IMG/VR virus record: IMGVR_UViG_3300034091_000309
DNA length: 64,000 bases
DNA from: a virus
Lineage: Duplodnaviria; Heunggongvirae; Uroviricota; Caudoviricetes
Direction: 5' to 3' (one strand)
In this document: positions 1 to 7,080 of the stretch, piece after piece
Numbering within the stretch: the first letter of the stretch is position 1
Layout: the number at the start of each line of letters is the position of its first letter
The notes under the pieces: model-generated
Database searches by the model: none
What the model was told of the DNA's origin: nothing
What the model saw: only the letters and a program-made list of their open reading frames with translations
Program-made: the position numbers and the translations under genes

Positions 1-1
1 G

Positions 2-217
2 CAGCCGCCGGCACACACGATCATTTTGAGGCAGGGGCAACCGCTAGGGCTGATCTTTGTTGCGACCGACGAAACCGCGCACGGGTCATGGTCTATGACC
101 AGCTTTGAAGGGGCTGGGCTGACAGAGCGCGACTTGCAGTGGGCGGCGGCTTACGCCATGGAGGCTCTCAAAAGAAAGCGCGCAATGTCCTTGACAGCCG
201 ACGCCGGTCTGCGCTAA
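2..217 (+). CDS. partial CDS (3-prime end) of an upstream hypothetical protein
   Basis: The reading frame is open from the window edge to a stop at 215-217 and looks protein-like; no start codon is required in the window. Confidence 0.3.
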   Translation, partial: QPPAHTIILRQGQPLGLIFVATDETAHGSWSMTSFEGAGLTERDLQWAAAYAMEALKRKRAMSLTADAGLR

Positions 218-325
218 AGTGCAACCATGATGACCCGAGCCCATTTCGCGACCAACCCAACAGCGCAACCGACGTTTGCGCAGGGTACCGCCGTGTGAAG
301 GCTAGGGCAGCATCATTTACACCCC

Positions 326-352
326 ACCCCTGGCCGCGGCCGGGGGTTTTTA
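326..352 (+). terminator. rho-independent terminator-like GC hairpin plus T-tract
   Basis: The sequence cccctggccgcggccggggg is followed by ttttt. Confidence 0.45.
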
Positions 353-374
353 CTGGGGCAAAGGAACGGCGCGG

Positions 375-545
375 ATGGAACTCTGGCAGATCAGCCTCGG
401 CACCGCATGTGCCGGTATCGAGGTGGACGGCCAAGGCGTCGTCGTGAATGCGGCGCCCATCTTCAGGTGGATGGTGGGAAAACGGTTCCTAGAGATCCGG
501 TGTTGGGTTGATGGCAAGAACGGAACCCTACGCAGAGTTGTTTGA
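375..545 (+). CDS. small hypothetical protein (56 aa)
   Basis: An ATG lies after the RBS aaaggaacggcgcgg; the open frame ends at TGA 543-545. Confidence 0.3.
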   Translation: MELWQISLGTACAGIEVDGQGVVVNAAPIFRWMVGKRFLEIRCWVDGKNGTLRRVV

Positions 546-561
546 CAATCGAAAGGCTTGT

Positions 562-634
562 TCCGGGGTAGCTCAGCGGTAGTAGCATCTGGCTGTTAAC
601 CAGACCGTCGCAGGTTCGATCCCTGCCCCCGGAG
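562..634 (+). tRNA. tRNA-Asn(GTT)
   Basis: The acceptor strands tccgggg/ccccgga pair over 7 bp, the anticodon loop is ctGTTaa, the T-loop is ggttcgatcc, and an encoded CCA follows. Confidence 0.7.
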
Positions 635-638
635 CCAA

Positions 639-676
639 CCACCCCAGCGACGAAGACCTGTCGCCGGGGACCCCGG
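639..676 (+). repeat. RPE-like GC-rich palindromic element copy (caccccagcgacgaagacctgtcgccggggaccccgg)
   Basis: One copy of the dispersed ~38-bp hairpin repeat; this is the consensus form. Confidence 0.8.
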
Positions 677-682
677 ATGTAC

Positions 683-753
683 TCCCCGTTCGTTCAACGG
701 CAGGACCGAAGCCTCTGGAGCTTCTGATGGGAGTTCGAATCTCTCGCGGGGAG
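683..753 (+). tRNA. tRNA-Gln(CTG) (atypical D-arm)
   Basis: Acceptor strands tccccgt/gcgggga pair, the anticodon loop is ctCTGga, the T-loop is ttcgaat, and CCA is encoded. Confidence 0.5.
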
Positions 754-844
754 CCAAAAAGTTCTCGTTCTTTGAGGTAGTGACTCAGAGGGGCTACAAC
801 GCCGGGATGGAAGGCCCCGGCGCGGGGGATGTATTCGGCCGTCG

Positions 845-915
845 TTCAATGGCAGGACAATGCCCTTTGGAGGCATGGATCTAGGTTCAAGTCCTGGCGG
901 CCGAGCCAAGGAGGG
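845..915 (+). tRNA. tRNA-Gln(TTG)
   Basis: Acceptor strands tcggccg/cggccga pair and the anticodon loop is ctTTGga; it is a paralog of the preceding tRNA with the same D-arm. Confidence 0.55.
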
Positions 916-1068
916 AAATGCGATGGTCCAAGTTGACGATGATAAGTGGATTTGGAAGACGATCCACAATCCATGGACGCGGGAAACATTTTTTATTGAC
1001 CGTTGGCATGGCAAGTGGCGGATCGTCGCCAAATGGGATGTGTACAGGTTGGCTATTGTGTGTGTTCA

Positions 1069-1140
1069 GCGGTGATCGTACAGCGGCCAGTACGCTTGTC
1101 TGCCAGGCAGGACACACGGGTTCGAGTCCCGTTCACCGCT
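1069..1140 (+). tRNA. tRNA-Gly(GCC)
   Basis: Acceptor strands gcggtga/tcaccgc pair perfectly, the D-stem is gtac/gtac, the anticodon stem cttgt/gcagg carries 2 GU pairs, the loop is ctGCCag, and the T-stem is acggg/cccgt. Confidence 0.55.
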
Positions 1141-1151
1141 CCAGAGTTTGG

Positions 1152-1226
1152 GCACCGGTAGCTCAGTGTGGCAGCAGCAGCGGTTTCGTAAACCGCAGGT
1201 CGGGGGTTCGAAGCCCTCCCGGTGCT
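1152..1226 (+). tRNA. tRNA-Thr(CGT) with expanded D-loop
   Basis: Acceptor strands gcaccgg/ccggtgc pair, the anticodon stem gcggt/accgc pairs perfectly, the loop is ttCGTaa, and the T-loop is ttcgaag. Confidence 0.55.
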
Positions 1227-1335
1227 CCAAATCACCCCAGCGACGCGCCTAGAGGGTACCCGGTGTCGCAGCAGGGCCAGAAACCCATTTCGAATGATTT
1301 TTGTGGCGGAGCCATACACGCCTGGACGGCAAGTC

Positions 1336-1348
1336 CTATAATTGCGGG
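1336..1348 (+). promoter_or_regulatory. leaderless-type promoter -10 (TATAAT tgcgggc ATG)
   Basis: The -10 hexamer lies 7 nt upstream of the ATG; the motif TATAAT-N-GCGGNC-ATG recurs 6 times in the window. Confidence 0.45.
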
Positions 1349-1568
1349 CATGAAGATTTTTTTGAGGGTTGAACTGCCCGATAAGTTAGCGCGGGAGTTT
1401 TGGCAGCAGCTTCGCGACTTCGACGTGAAGCACGACCCGCGCCACGAAGACAAGATCATGATTCGCGCATTGAGCGAATCTGACCATTCGGCGGAAGAAA
1501 TGGAGACCATCTTGCGGACGCTGAGCCCTCCGCCTAAGCACATGCGAACGATTCGATTCGATTCATGA
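1349..1568 (+). CDS. small hypothetical protein (73 aa), probably leaderless
   Basis: The protein-like frame starts MKIFLRVELPDKLAREFWQQLRDF and the ATG sits immediately after the TATAAT element. Confidence 0.45.
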
Positions 1569-1578
1569 GAGGTCAGAT

Positions 1579-1651
1579 GGCGGGATTGGCCGAGGGGTCA
1601 GGCACGGGCCTGTGGCACCCGATACAGGAGTTCGAGACTCCTATCCCGCCC
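1579..1651 (+). tRNA. tRNA-His(GTG)-like (mismatch in anticodon stem, no G-1)
   Basis: Acceptor strands ggcggga/tcccgcc pair, the anticodon loop is ctGTGgc, the T-arm is aggag-ttcgaga-ctcct, and the discriminator is C. Confidence 0.45.
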
Positions 1652-1665
1652 CAAGAAAGGCGTAG

Positions 1666-2094
1666 ATGCACGACATTAAGGAGATCCGCAGAAATCCGGA
1701 AGAGTACAAACGCCGCTTAGCCAGACGAATGGGCGCGGAGGAAGCGGCCGAGATGATGGACGAGATTCTTCGGCTGGATGCGAAGGTTCGCAAACGGGAT
1801 GCGGAGACGCAGGAAGTGCGCACCGAGCAGAATCGCGTCAGCAAAGAAATCGGAGATCTGAAACGCAAGGGCGGCGATACTAGGGAACTGGAAAGGTACG
1901 CTGCGGCTTTGAAAAAGCTATACGTTTTGGCGGAGTACGGGAGACTCGAAGAGTTTCTCTCCGAATGCAAAGCGGAAATCGGCGGAACGGCCAGCATTGC
2001 AAAAAGATGGAAGAGATGGATGTGCCGCTTGGTGGCAAGATGCAAGCGGCTAAAGATCGGGCGCGGATGGGCAGCGCGTGGCTCACCAGCGTGA
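1666..2094 (+). CDS. seryl-tRNA synthetase N-terminal coiled-coil (tRNA-binding arm) fragment; truncated serS-like protein or remnant
   Basis: Residues 1-95 (MHDIKEIRRNPEEYKRRLARRMG...NRVSKEIGDLKRKGGDTRELE...) align to the SerRS N-terminal arm; no class-II catalytic core follows. Confidence 0.5.
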   Translation: MHDIKEIRRNPEEYKRRLARRMGAEEAAEMMDEILRLDAKVRKRDAETQEVRTEQNRVSKEIGDLKRKGGDTRELERYAAALKKLYVLAEYGRLEEFLSECKAEIGGTASIAKRWKRWMCRLVARCKRLKIGRGWAARGSPA

Positions 2095-2412
2095 GGTAAA
2101 CTTGCGCAGAGCGGACAAGGCTTTGGCCGCGCCCGATAGTATGGAGACGAAGATGGACCGAGGAGAACGGCGGTACAGGACGGGAAAGGTGACTGGCAGA
2201 CGGTGGCAACGGGCATTGAAATATGCTGCGTTGCTTCAGTCATTCGGGAGAAGGGGCCCGGCAAGTGTGCAGAAGATGATGCGGCCAGGGCTTTATCGCA
2301 AATGGAATATGACTTGGGACTGCCGTCGTGCTCGGCAATGGTGGGCCCGGCATGAGGGCAGGGAGCAGCAAAGAATTATGGATGCCCGGCATAATGGGTT
2401 GCCGGAAGATGT

Positions 2413-2486
2413 GGGGGCGTAGCTCAGTTTGGGAGAGCGTCTGCTTTGCAAGCAGAGGGTCGCGGGTTCGATGCCTGCCGCCTCCA
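2413..2486 (+). tRNA. tRNA-Ala(TGC)
   Basis: Canonical cloverleaf: acceptor gggggcg/cgcctcc with G3:U70, D-arm gctcagtttgggagagc, anticodon loop ttTGCaa, CCA encoded. Confidence 0.8.
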
Positions 2487-2546
2487 CCACGATAGTGAAC
2501 AGTTATCAGCGGACAGCTTACAATTGAAAGGCTCGATCAACAATTT

Positions 2547-2619
2547 GCCGACTGAGCTAGTGCGGTCATAGCATTGGTCTGAAAAGCCAACCAATCCGGT
2601 CCGACTCCGGAAGTCGGCA
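2547..2619 (+). tRNA. tRNA-Phe(GAA)-like with atypical T-loop
   Basis: Acceptor strands gccgact/agtcggc pair, the D-stem is gcta/tagc, the anticodon loop is ctGAAaa, and the T-stem tccgg/ccgga closes loop tccgact. Confidence 0.4.
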
Positions 2620-2638
2620 CCATCCCCGAGGAGACCGC

Positions 2639-2917
2639 ATGACGCGCTGCAGACAGCCCGTAAAGGATGACGATGTGGAGGTCTTCGTTGTCAACTGCAT
2701 GACGCCGGGCGGCGACGCCACGGTGGGGATTCTCTGCGAGAAGTGCGGCAAGCGGTTTTTCACCCATCCGGAAAACCGCGCTCTGGCCATGGAACGGGAG
2801 ATGAAGGTTCTTTGCCTCTCCTGCGCATTGGAGTTGGCGGCGCGAGAAAAAGAGAAGTTCAGGATCGGGGGCATCGTCCGCAAGGGGAAGATCGTTGATC
2901 GACCACAGCAAGAGTGA
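2639..2917 (+). CDS. small zinc-ribbon protein (CxxC x2), hypothetical
   Basis: RBS gaggag precedes the ATG; the protein carries CEKCG and CLSC motifs. Confidence 0.5.
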   Translation: MTRCRQPVKDDDVEVFVVNCMTPGGDATVGILCEKCGKRFFTHPENRALAMEREMKVLCLSCALELAAREKEKFRIGGIVRKGKIVDRPQQE

Positions 2918-3077
2918 ACGATAGTCGGCAAAGCATCGGAGAGTGGCCACCATATCGGAGAAGCAATGAAGGTCGAGAGACTCAGCAGTACCACCACTAA
3001 GATCATCGAGGAAACAGAGGTTCTGGTTGACGGAAGAAAAGGAAAGTACGTCACAGAATACACAGTGGAGTTCAAAT

Positions 3078-3151
3078 CGGAGAGTGGCCAAGTGGGGAAG
3101 GCCCCGGTTTCGGGAACCGGAAATGCGTGAGTTCGAGCCTCACCTCTCCGA
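3078..3151 (+). tRNA. tRNA-Pro(CGG)
   Basis: Acceptor strands cggagag/ctctccg pair, the D-arm is ggccaagtggggaaggcc, the anticodon loop is ttCGGga, the T-arm is gtgag-ttcgagc-ctcac, and CCA is encoded. Confidence 0.7.
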
Positions 3152-3202
3152 CCAGATTTTTAGTAAGGAGGATGCCATGTCACAGCGGGAAGCGCACAAG
3201 AG

Positions 3203-4096
3203 GTGATCGACGAGATCACCTCTATCATCGAAGACTTCGGCTTAAAGCCAGAGTTCAGAACTAATGTGATTCCACCCGAGGATGATGTCTCGACGTTGTT
3301 CGTCATTGCCGGGATGCAACCGCTGAAACATCGGTTTGCGTCGTCGGATGGTTGCCAGTACGCGAGTTTTCAATCCTGCATACGAACCAATGATCTAAAT
3401 CAAGTCGGCGATGGAATGCACCTGACCAGCTTTACGATGGTCGGTACCTTCGGTTTTGGGAGCCGGAATTATGAAGAGCATTGCGCTCTTTGGGATCGGG
3501 TCGTCAGGCGGTTGGGAATAAGAGTTGATGTTCTCAGATTTCATCCCGACTCAAGCCACCAAGAGATCTGGAATCATCTCGGATACAAAACCGAAGCGGA
3601 CACGAATTGTGTCTGGAGGGCCAGCGAATCGGATGAGGACAGCTACTGCTCGGAGATGTTTGTCGGCGACGTGGAGATCGGGAACCTAGTGAATCCAGGG
3701 CACCATTCGGTCGATGTCGGTTTTGGTTTGGAACGGCTGGTGGCGCTGGTCGAGGGTGTTTCGACGGTGGATGCATCCACGTTGTTCGACCAGCGGTTAC
3801 CGCCAGTAGCGCGGGACCACAAGCGGACGCTGGAGTTGTTGTACGCCAATGGAATACGGCCGGGGAACAAGGGCCGGCAGTACGTCTGTCGCCGATTGCT
3901 GCGCAGACTGATTCGGGAGGCTGGGAATTTTCGGGATTTCAACTTTGCGGAGATGCTGGAGGAGGAGATACGATTTTTCAACCAGCGGCTTTCCATTGCC
4001 CGGCGTGCCTGGAGGAGACAGCAGCACCAGGACGCATCCTTCTGGTGGGAGACTCACGGGATACTGCCGGAGGAGATGGATTTGGTAAAAAACTGA
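3203..4096 (+). CDS. alanyl-tRNA synthetase catalytic-domain homolog (minimal AlaRS-like, 297 aa; no tRNA-recognition, editing or C-Ala domains)
   Basis: Class-II AlaRS motifs are present: TLFVIAGMQPLK, SCIRTNDLNQVGDGMHLTSFTMVGTFGFG, GFGLERLVALVEG, RRLLRRLIREAG. The GTG start overlaps the stop of a 9-codon uORF that has a strong RBS. Confidence 0.6.
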   Translation: MIDEITSIIEDFGLKPEFRTNVIPPEDDVSTLFVIAGMQPLKHRFASSDGCQYASFQSCIRTNDLNQVGDGMHLTSFTMVGTFGFGSRNYEEHCALWDRVVRRLGIRVDVLRFHPDSSHQEIWNHLGYKTEADTNCVWRASESDEDSYCSEMFVGDVEIGNLVNPGHHSVDVGFGLERLVALVEGVSTVDASTLFDQRLPPVARDHKRTLELLYANGIRPGNKGRQYVCRRLLRRLIREAGNFRDFNFAEMLEEEIRFFNQRLSIARRAWRRQQHQDASFWWETHGILPEEMDLVKN

Positions 4097-4118
4097 TCCC
4101 TGACCACTGCTTTTATGA

Positions 4119-4130
4119 TATATTGCGGCC
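4119..4130 (+). promoter_or_regulatory. leaderless-type promoter -10 (TATATT gcggcc ATG)
   Basis: A recurrent motif sits directly upstream of ATG 4131. Confidence 0.45.
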
Positions 4131-4667
4131 ATGATTCGTTTGATTTGTTGGCTGGTCGCCTACGACGAGTGGTTTGCCGGAAGGGTGGAGACATTGCTCA
4201 AGTGGCTGGAGGAGTGGCTCTCTATCAGCCAAAAATACGCAGAGCGAGGGATGATCGCGCTCTATTTGGCATTGATGGAGCTGCAGCCGTCAGTAAAAGG
4301 CACGATCTGGTTGAGAGCCGGGGGTGCGATCTTGATGTCTTATGTCTTGTGGTGGATGCACCGGAGGCCGCTCACCAACCGTGGAACAACAAAGCGTTAT
4401 CCTTTTGCCGCAGTCTCTAGGGTGTTGATCCAGGCATTTCTTTTATTGGTTGCCGCCGACTTTTTTGCTTTCTATTTTTTTGCTTTACCCCATCGCCCTT
4501 CCGTCATCGGCACTGGCACCGCGCAGATCGTCTATCTGGTCTTCATTTACATGACCGACATCGCCTCCAATGGAGATCGCGGGAGACGGCGGAAGCTGGC
4601 CTGGGCGGAGCTGAAGAAACTCTTTGGAACCGAGTGGATACCCAAGCCGCTGCCGGTGCCGCAGTGA
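4131..4667 (+). CDS. integral membrane protein, hypothetical
   Basis: 178 aa containing several hydrophobic segments. Confidence 0.5.
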   Translation: MIRLICWLVAYDEWFAGRVETLLKWLEEWLSISQKYAERGMIALYLALMELQPSVKGTIWLRAGGAILMSYVLWWMHRRPLTNRGTTKRYPFAAVSRVLIQAFLLLVAADFFAFYFFALPHRPSVIGTGTAQIVYLVFIYMTDIASNGDRGRRRKLAWAELKKLFGTEWIPKPLPVPQ

Positions 4668-4708
4668 ACGGTGCGAAAGACAGTGGTCAGTGTGAGTGAA
4701 TTGCGGGC

Positions 4709-4972
4709 ATGAGCAGACAAAAATTTGACGACCAATGCCCAGGATGTCGGCCAGCGATGGTCGACCTTCAAACAGGGAAAGTGCTGCCGGAGCACTCGCC
4801 GCAGATGCAATGTGCACTCGGCGTCTGGGCAGGGACCACACGGGAAGAGCGCGAGGCGTTTCATCGCTTTACCTGTCTAAATTCGAGAACGAAAAGCGAC
4901 ATGCAGACGACGGCGGATTTATCTACCCGCATCCAAAAGGCTCTGGAATTGATGTCGCCGGAGATGTTATGA
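4709..4972 (+). CDS. small zinc-binding hypothetical protein (CPGC motif)
   Basis: Open frame preceded by the leaderless-type motif tgaattgcgggcATG. Confidence 0.45.
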   Translation: MSRQKFDDQCPGCRPAMVDLQTGKVLPEHSPQMQCALGVWAGTTREEREAFHRFTCLNSRTKSDMQTTADLSTRIQKALELMSPEML

Positions 4973-5187
4973 ATGAGCAGACCATGTGCGCTTGCGGAAG
5001 GTCGCTGCACTACAGCGACCCCTTGTTGCAGGAATTTGTGCAGCGGATGGTGGATGAACTGGGGGAGAATATCCGCGTTACCACCAGAGACCGGACGTGG
5101 CTGGTGCCGCGGCACTATCTGGCCCTGCACGGGCTCAAGGCGTGGGAGCTGGAGAAGCTGGGGTTCCCGGAGGCGAAAAATGAATGA
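4969..5187 (+). CDS. small hypothetical protein (73 aa)
   Basis: Its start overlaps the upstream stop in an ATGA arrangement; the sequence MNEQTMCACGRSLHYSDPLLQEF... looks protein-like. Confidence 0.45.
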   Translation: MNEQTMCACGRSLHYSDPLLQEFVQRMVDELGENIRVTTRDRTWLVPRHYLALHGLKAWELEKLGFPEAKNE

Positions 5188-5461
5188 CAAAGAGCGCTAC
5201 CTTGATGCCGCGCACGGGATGCAGAGCGGTGTGGCCTATGTCATGGAGACTGAGCCAGAGCCCAAAGAGACCAGCCTCAAGCATCTGCGCGTCGGCGTCA
5301 ACTCCGCGATGTGCAACCAAGCCGCCCTGGTACGTCTGCTGATCGCCAAAGGACTGTTTACGCCGGAAGAGTACGAGAAAGAGATTGCCGACGAGATGGA
5401 GCGGGAAAGAGACCGATACGCACTGCGAATCGACCCCAGTGGCCGGGTGAGTTTGCACTGA
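5180..5461 (+). CDS. small hypothetical protein (93 aa)
   Basis: An ATGAATGA overlap suggests translational coupling; MNDKERYLDAAHGMQSGVAYVME... is protein-like. Confidence 0.45.
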   Translation: MNDKERYLDAAHGMQSGVAYVMETEPEPKETSLKHLRVGVNSAMCNQAALVRLLIAKGLFTPEEYEKEIADEMERERDRYALRIDPSGRVSLH

Positions 5462-5793
5462 TGGATACCGATTGTTACGTTTCTGAAAACGCTTTTGGTC
5501 GTTGGGTCATCGTGAACGCTGCGAACCGGGACTTGGCGTGGAGCGGCTCCCGTTGGGTGGCGCACAGGAATGGACTTCCGGCCGGCGGAGTGCAGGTTTC
5601 GAACTTTGAGAGAGCCGTAGAGGCATACGAAAACGCTGTTCAGGCCGGCCTAAAGCCTCTTACCTACAGCATTGCGGCCAAAGGCGAGAACATTACCTGC
5701 TTCAAGTGCGGCATGACAAGCTGGAACGAGAACGATGTGCGGGAGAGATACTGCGGGAACTGCCACGAGTTTCACCATCTTGGCCGGAACTGA
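5461..5793 (+). CDS. small hypothetical protein with C-terminal zinc ribbon (CFKCG...CGNCHEF)
   Basis: A TGATG overlap joins it to the upstream gene. Confidence 0.45.
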   Translation: MDTDCYVSENAFGRWVIVNAANRDLAWSGSRWVAHRNGLPAGGVQVSNFERAVEAYENAVQAGLKPLTYSIAAKGENITCFKCGMTSWNENDVRERYCGNCHEFHHLGRN

Positions 5794-5814
5794 TCGGCGC
5801 GCCAAAGGTGGTTT

Positions 5815-6012
5815 ATGGTTGAATTCAGGATCACCGAGCACCGCGTCCTCCCTGCGCAGATCGTTGAGATTTGGGTGGACGGGGTTTTTCGCGGCGCTAT
5901 GTACCCGCAAGAACCGGACGGTATACGTTTGATGAGCAGGTATATTGCTGCTGGACCGGAAAAAGAGCAAAGCGCACCAGACTCCTGGCGCTTTACGTTC
6001 AAAAAACCATGA
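5815..6012 (+). CDS. small hypothetical protein (65 aa)
   Basis: RBS aaaggtgg precedes the ATG. Confidence 0.4.
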   Translation: MVEFRITEHRVLPAQIVEIWVDGVFRGAMYPQEPDGIRLMSRYIAAGPEKEQSAPDSWRFTFKKP

Positions 6013-6017
6013 ATCAC

Positions 6018-6091
6018 GGGGGTATAGCTCAGTTGGAAAGAGCGGCTGACTACGAATCAGCGGGCCGGGAGTTCGAGTCTCTCTACCCCCA
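6018..6091 (+). tRNA. tRNA-Arg(ACG)
   Basis: Acceptor strands gggggta/taccccc pair, the D-arm is gctcagttggaaagagc, the anticodon stem gctga/tcagc closes loop ctACGaa, and CCA is encoded. Confidence 0.75.
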
Positions 6092-6115
6092 CCAGATCAG
6101 TGAAAGGCAACCGGT

Positions 6116-6424
6116 GTGGAGACAACTTCCGATGGTGAGCTGAAGTTTGAAAAGATCAAAGTGCTGGGCATGGAGCTGGAGCAGTGCAGGTACCGCTCCT
6201 GTACCGCAGAGTTTGGCGTCGGGGAGGATTGGGCAACCTTGGCTTTGATCGAATCGACGGAGCCGGGCAAAGGGCACGCCACGGCCCTACTGAAAGCGGC
6301 CAAGGAGCACTATGAGGCCCAAGGCAAACGCTTTGGCGGCTCGGTGGCCTTGAATGAGCGGATGCGGGCGATTTACCGGCGCCTCGGCATCCGGGAATAC
6401 TCCACGGACGAGGATGGTCTCTAA
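6116..6424 (+). CDS. small GNAT-like acetyltransferase-fold protein (putative)
   Basis: GTG start after RBS gaaagg; the C-terminal region is ATLALIESTEPGKGHATALLKAAKEHYEAQGKRFG. Confidence 0.4.
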   Translation: METTSDGELKFEKIKVLGMELEQCRYRSCTAEFGVGEDWATLALIESTEPGKGHATALLKAAKEHYEAQGKRFGGSVALNERMRAIYRRLGIREYSTDEDGL

Positions 6425-6429
6425 ATTAT

Positions 6430-6460
6430 TTGTGCGCCCGTTTCAAAAAGGGTGTATATT
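6430..6460 (+). promoter_or_regulatory. sigma70-like promoter (TTGTGC-N19-TATATT) carrying the conserved box CCGTTTCAAAAAGGGTGTATATTGC; drives the Y-RNA-like array
   Basis: The same box recurs at 12782-12808 and 52547-52569. The predicted TSS coincides with the 5-prime stem of unit A. Confidence 0.55.
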
Positions 6461-6466
6461 GCTTTT

Positions 6467-6547
6467 TGTCGCTGGTGAAAGAACGCGGGTACTTCGCCTT
6501 GAACACGAATCCCGAAAGGGAACCCGAGTTCGCCTGTTCCGCGACAA
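6467..6547 (+). ncRNA. Y-RNA-like ncRNA unit A (long terminal stem with bulge, candidate Ro60-binding helix)
   Basis: The 5-prime sequence tgtcgctggtgaaagaacgcgg pairs with the 3-prime sequence cgcctgttccgcgaca, leaving a conserved bulge tggtgaaa; the unit lies directly upstream of the Ro60 gene. Confidence 0.5.
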
Positions 6548-6600
6548 AATGCCAGGGCTTCCGCAAAGGGGTTCACGTTTGTGGGATGGTAAAGGAATCT

Positions 6601-6680
6601 TCCCGGTAGTGAAGAGAACGGTTACTTCTTCCTTCAAAGAAGCCCGCAAGGGCACAACCGTTTTCGCTTGTTCTCCGGGA
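6601..6680 (+). ncRNA. Y-RNA-like ncRNA unit B
   Basis: The 5-prime sequence tcccggtagtgaagagaacgg pairs with the 3-prime sequence cgcttgttctccggga, with conserved bulge TAGTGAA and internal ttacttc. Confidence 0.5.
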
Positions 6681-6687
6681 TAAAGGT

Positions 6688-6774
6688 TCTCCGGTAGTGA
6701 AAGACAGCGGTTACTTCTTACTGCAAATGAGAGCGCCCCGCAAGGGGCTAACCGAGGTCGCCTGTTCTCCGGGG
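6688..6774 (+). ncRNA. Y-RNA-like ncRNA unit C
   Basis: The 5-prime sequence ctccggtagtgaaagacagcgg pairs with the 3-prime sequence cgcctgttctccgggg. Confidence 0.5.
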
Positions 6775-6827
6775 ATAATTCGGGGCTCCGGCGGCGGGTC
6801 TATGCCGCTGGGGTGAAGGATAAAATC

Positions 6828-6894
6828 TGAGCCGTAGTGAAGGCGGCGCTTACTTCTTTGGAAAGTAAAAGCGCGGCCAAATTGTTCTCGGCTC
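6828..6894 (+). ncRNA. Y-RNA-like ncRNA unit D
   Basis: The 5-prime sequence gagccgtagtgaaggcggcgc pairs with the 3-prime sequence gcgcggcc...ttgttctcggctc. Confidence 0.45.
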
Positions 6895-6902
6895 TCTAAG
6901 TT

Positions 6903-7034
6903 CGGGCTGGTGTAGTTCCGGTTACTTCGCCTCGTAAGCGGGAGGCCGCGGGTTCGAGTCCCGCCATCGTAGCAATACGATGTAGCTCAGTTGGTTAGAG
7001 CGCCTACGTTACCGAAACGCCTGTTCCGCCCGAT
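6903..7034 (+). ncRNA. YrlA-like Y RNA with tRNA-like module (T-arm, loop-closed acceptor-like hairpin, D-arm)
   Basis: The T-arm gccgcgggttcgagtcccgcc is followed by hairpin atcgta-gcaa-tacgat and then D-arm gtagctcagttggttagagc; the terminal stem is cgggctgg.../cgcctgttccgcccg. Confidence 0.55.
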
Positions 7035-7041
7035 CAAACGA

Positions 7042-7068
7042 GAGCCCGGCCGAGGCCGGGCTCTTTTA
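7042..7068 (+). terminator. rho-independent terminator after the Y-RNA array
   Basis: The hairpin gcccggccgaggccgggc is followed by tctttt. Confidence 0.6.
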
Positions 7069-7080
7069 TTGGAGGTAAGT

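Noticed and set aside
1069-1140. Interpretation of this tRNA as having an 8-nt anticodon loop (frameshift suppressor)
   Set aside because: A canonical 7-nt loop (ctGCCag) with a GU-containing 5-bp stem fits once the D-stem gtac/gtac is recognised, so the call is tRNA-Gly(GCC).
918-1568. 216-aa ORF spanning two tRNA genes
   Set aside because: Only the last 73 codons (from ATG 1349, behind a TATAAT element) look genuine. The upstream part runs through tRNA-Gly and tRNA-Thr.
2078-2422. 114-aa basic ORF between the SerRS fragment and tRNA-Ala
   Set aside because: It is Arg-rich low-complexity sequence with no RBS, so it is probably non-coding.
2293-2490. 65-aa minus-strand ORF
   Set aside because: It overlaps tRNA-Ala on the opposite strand.
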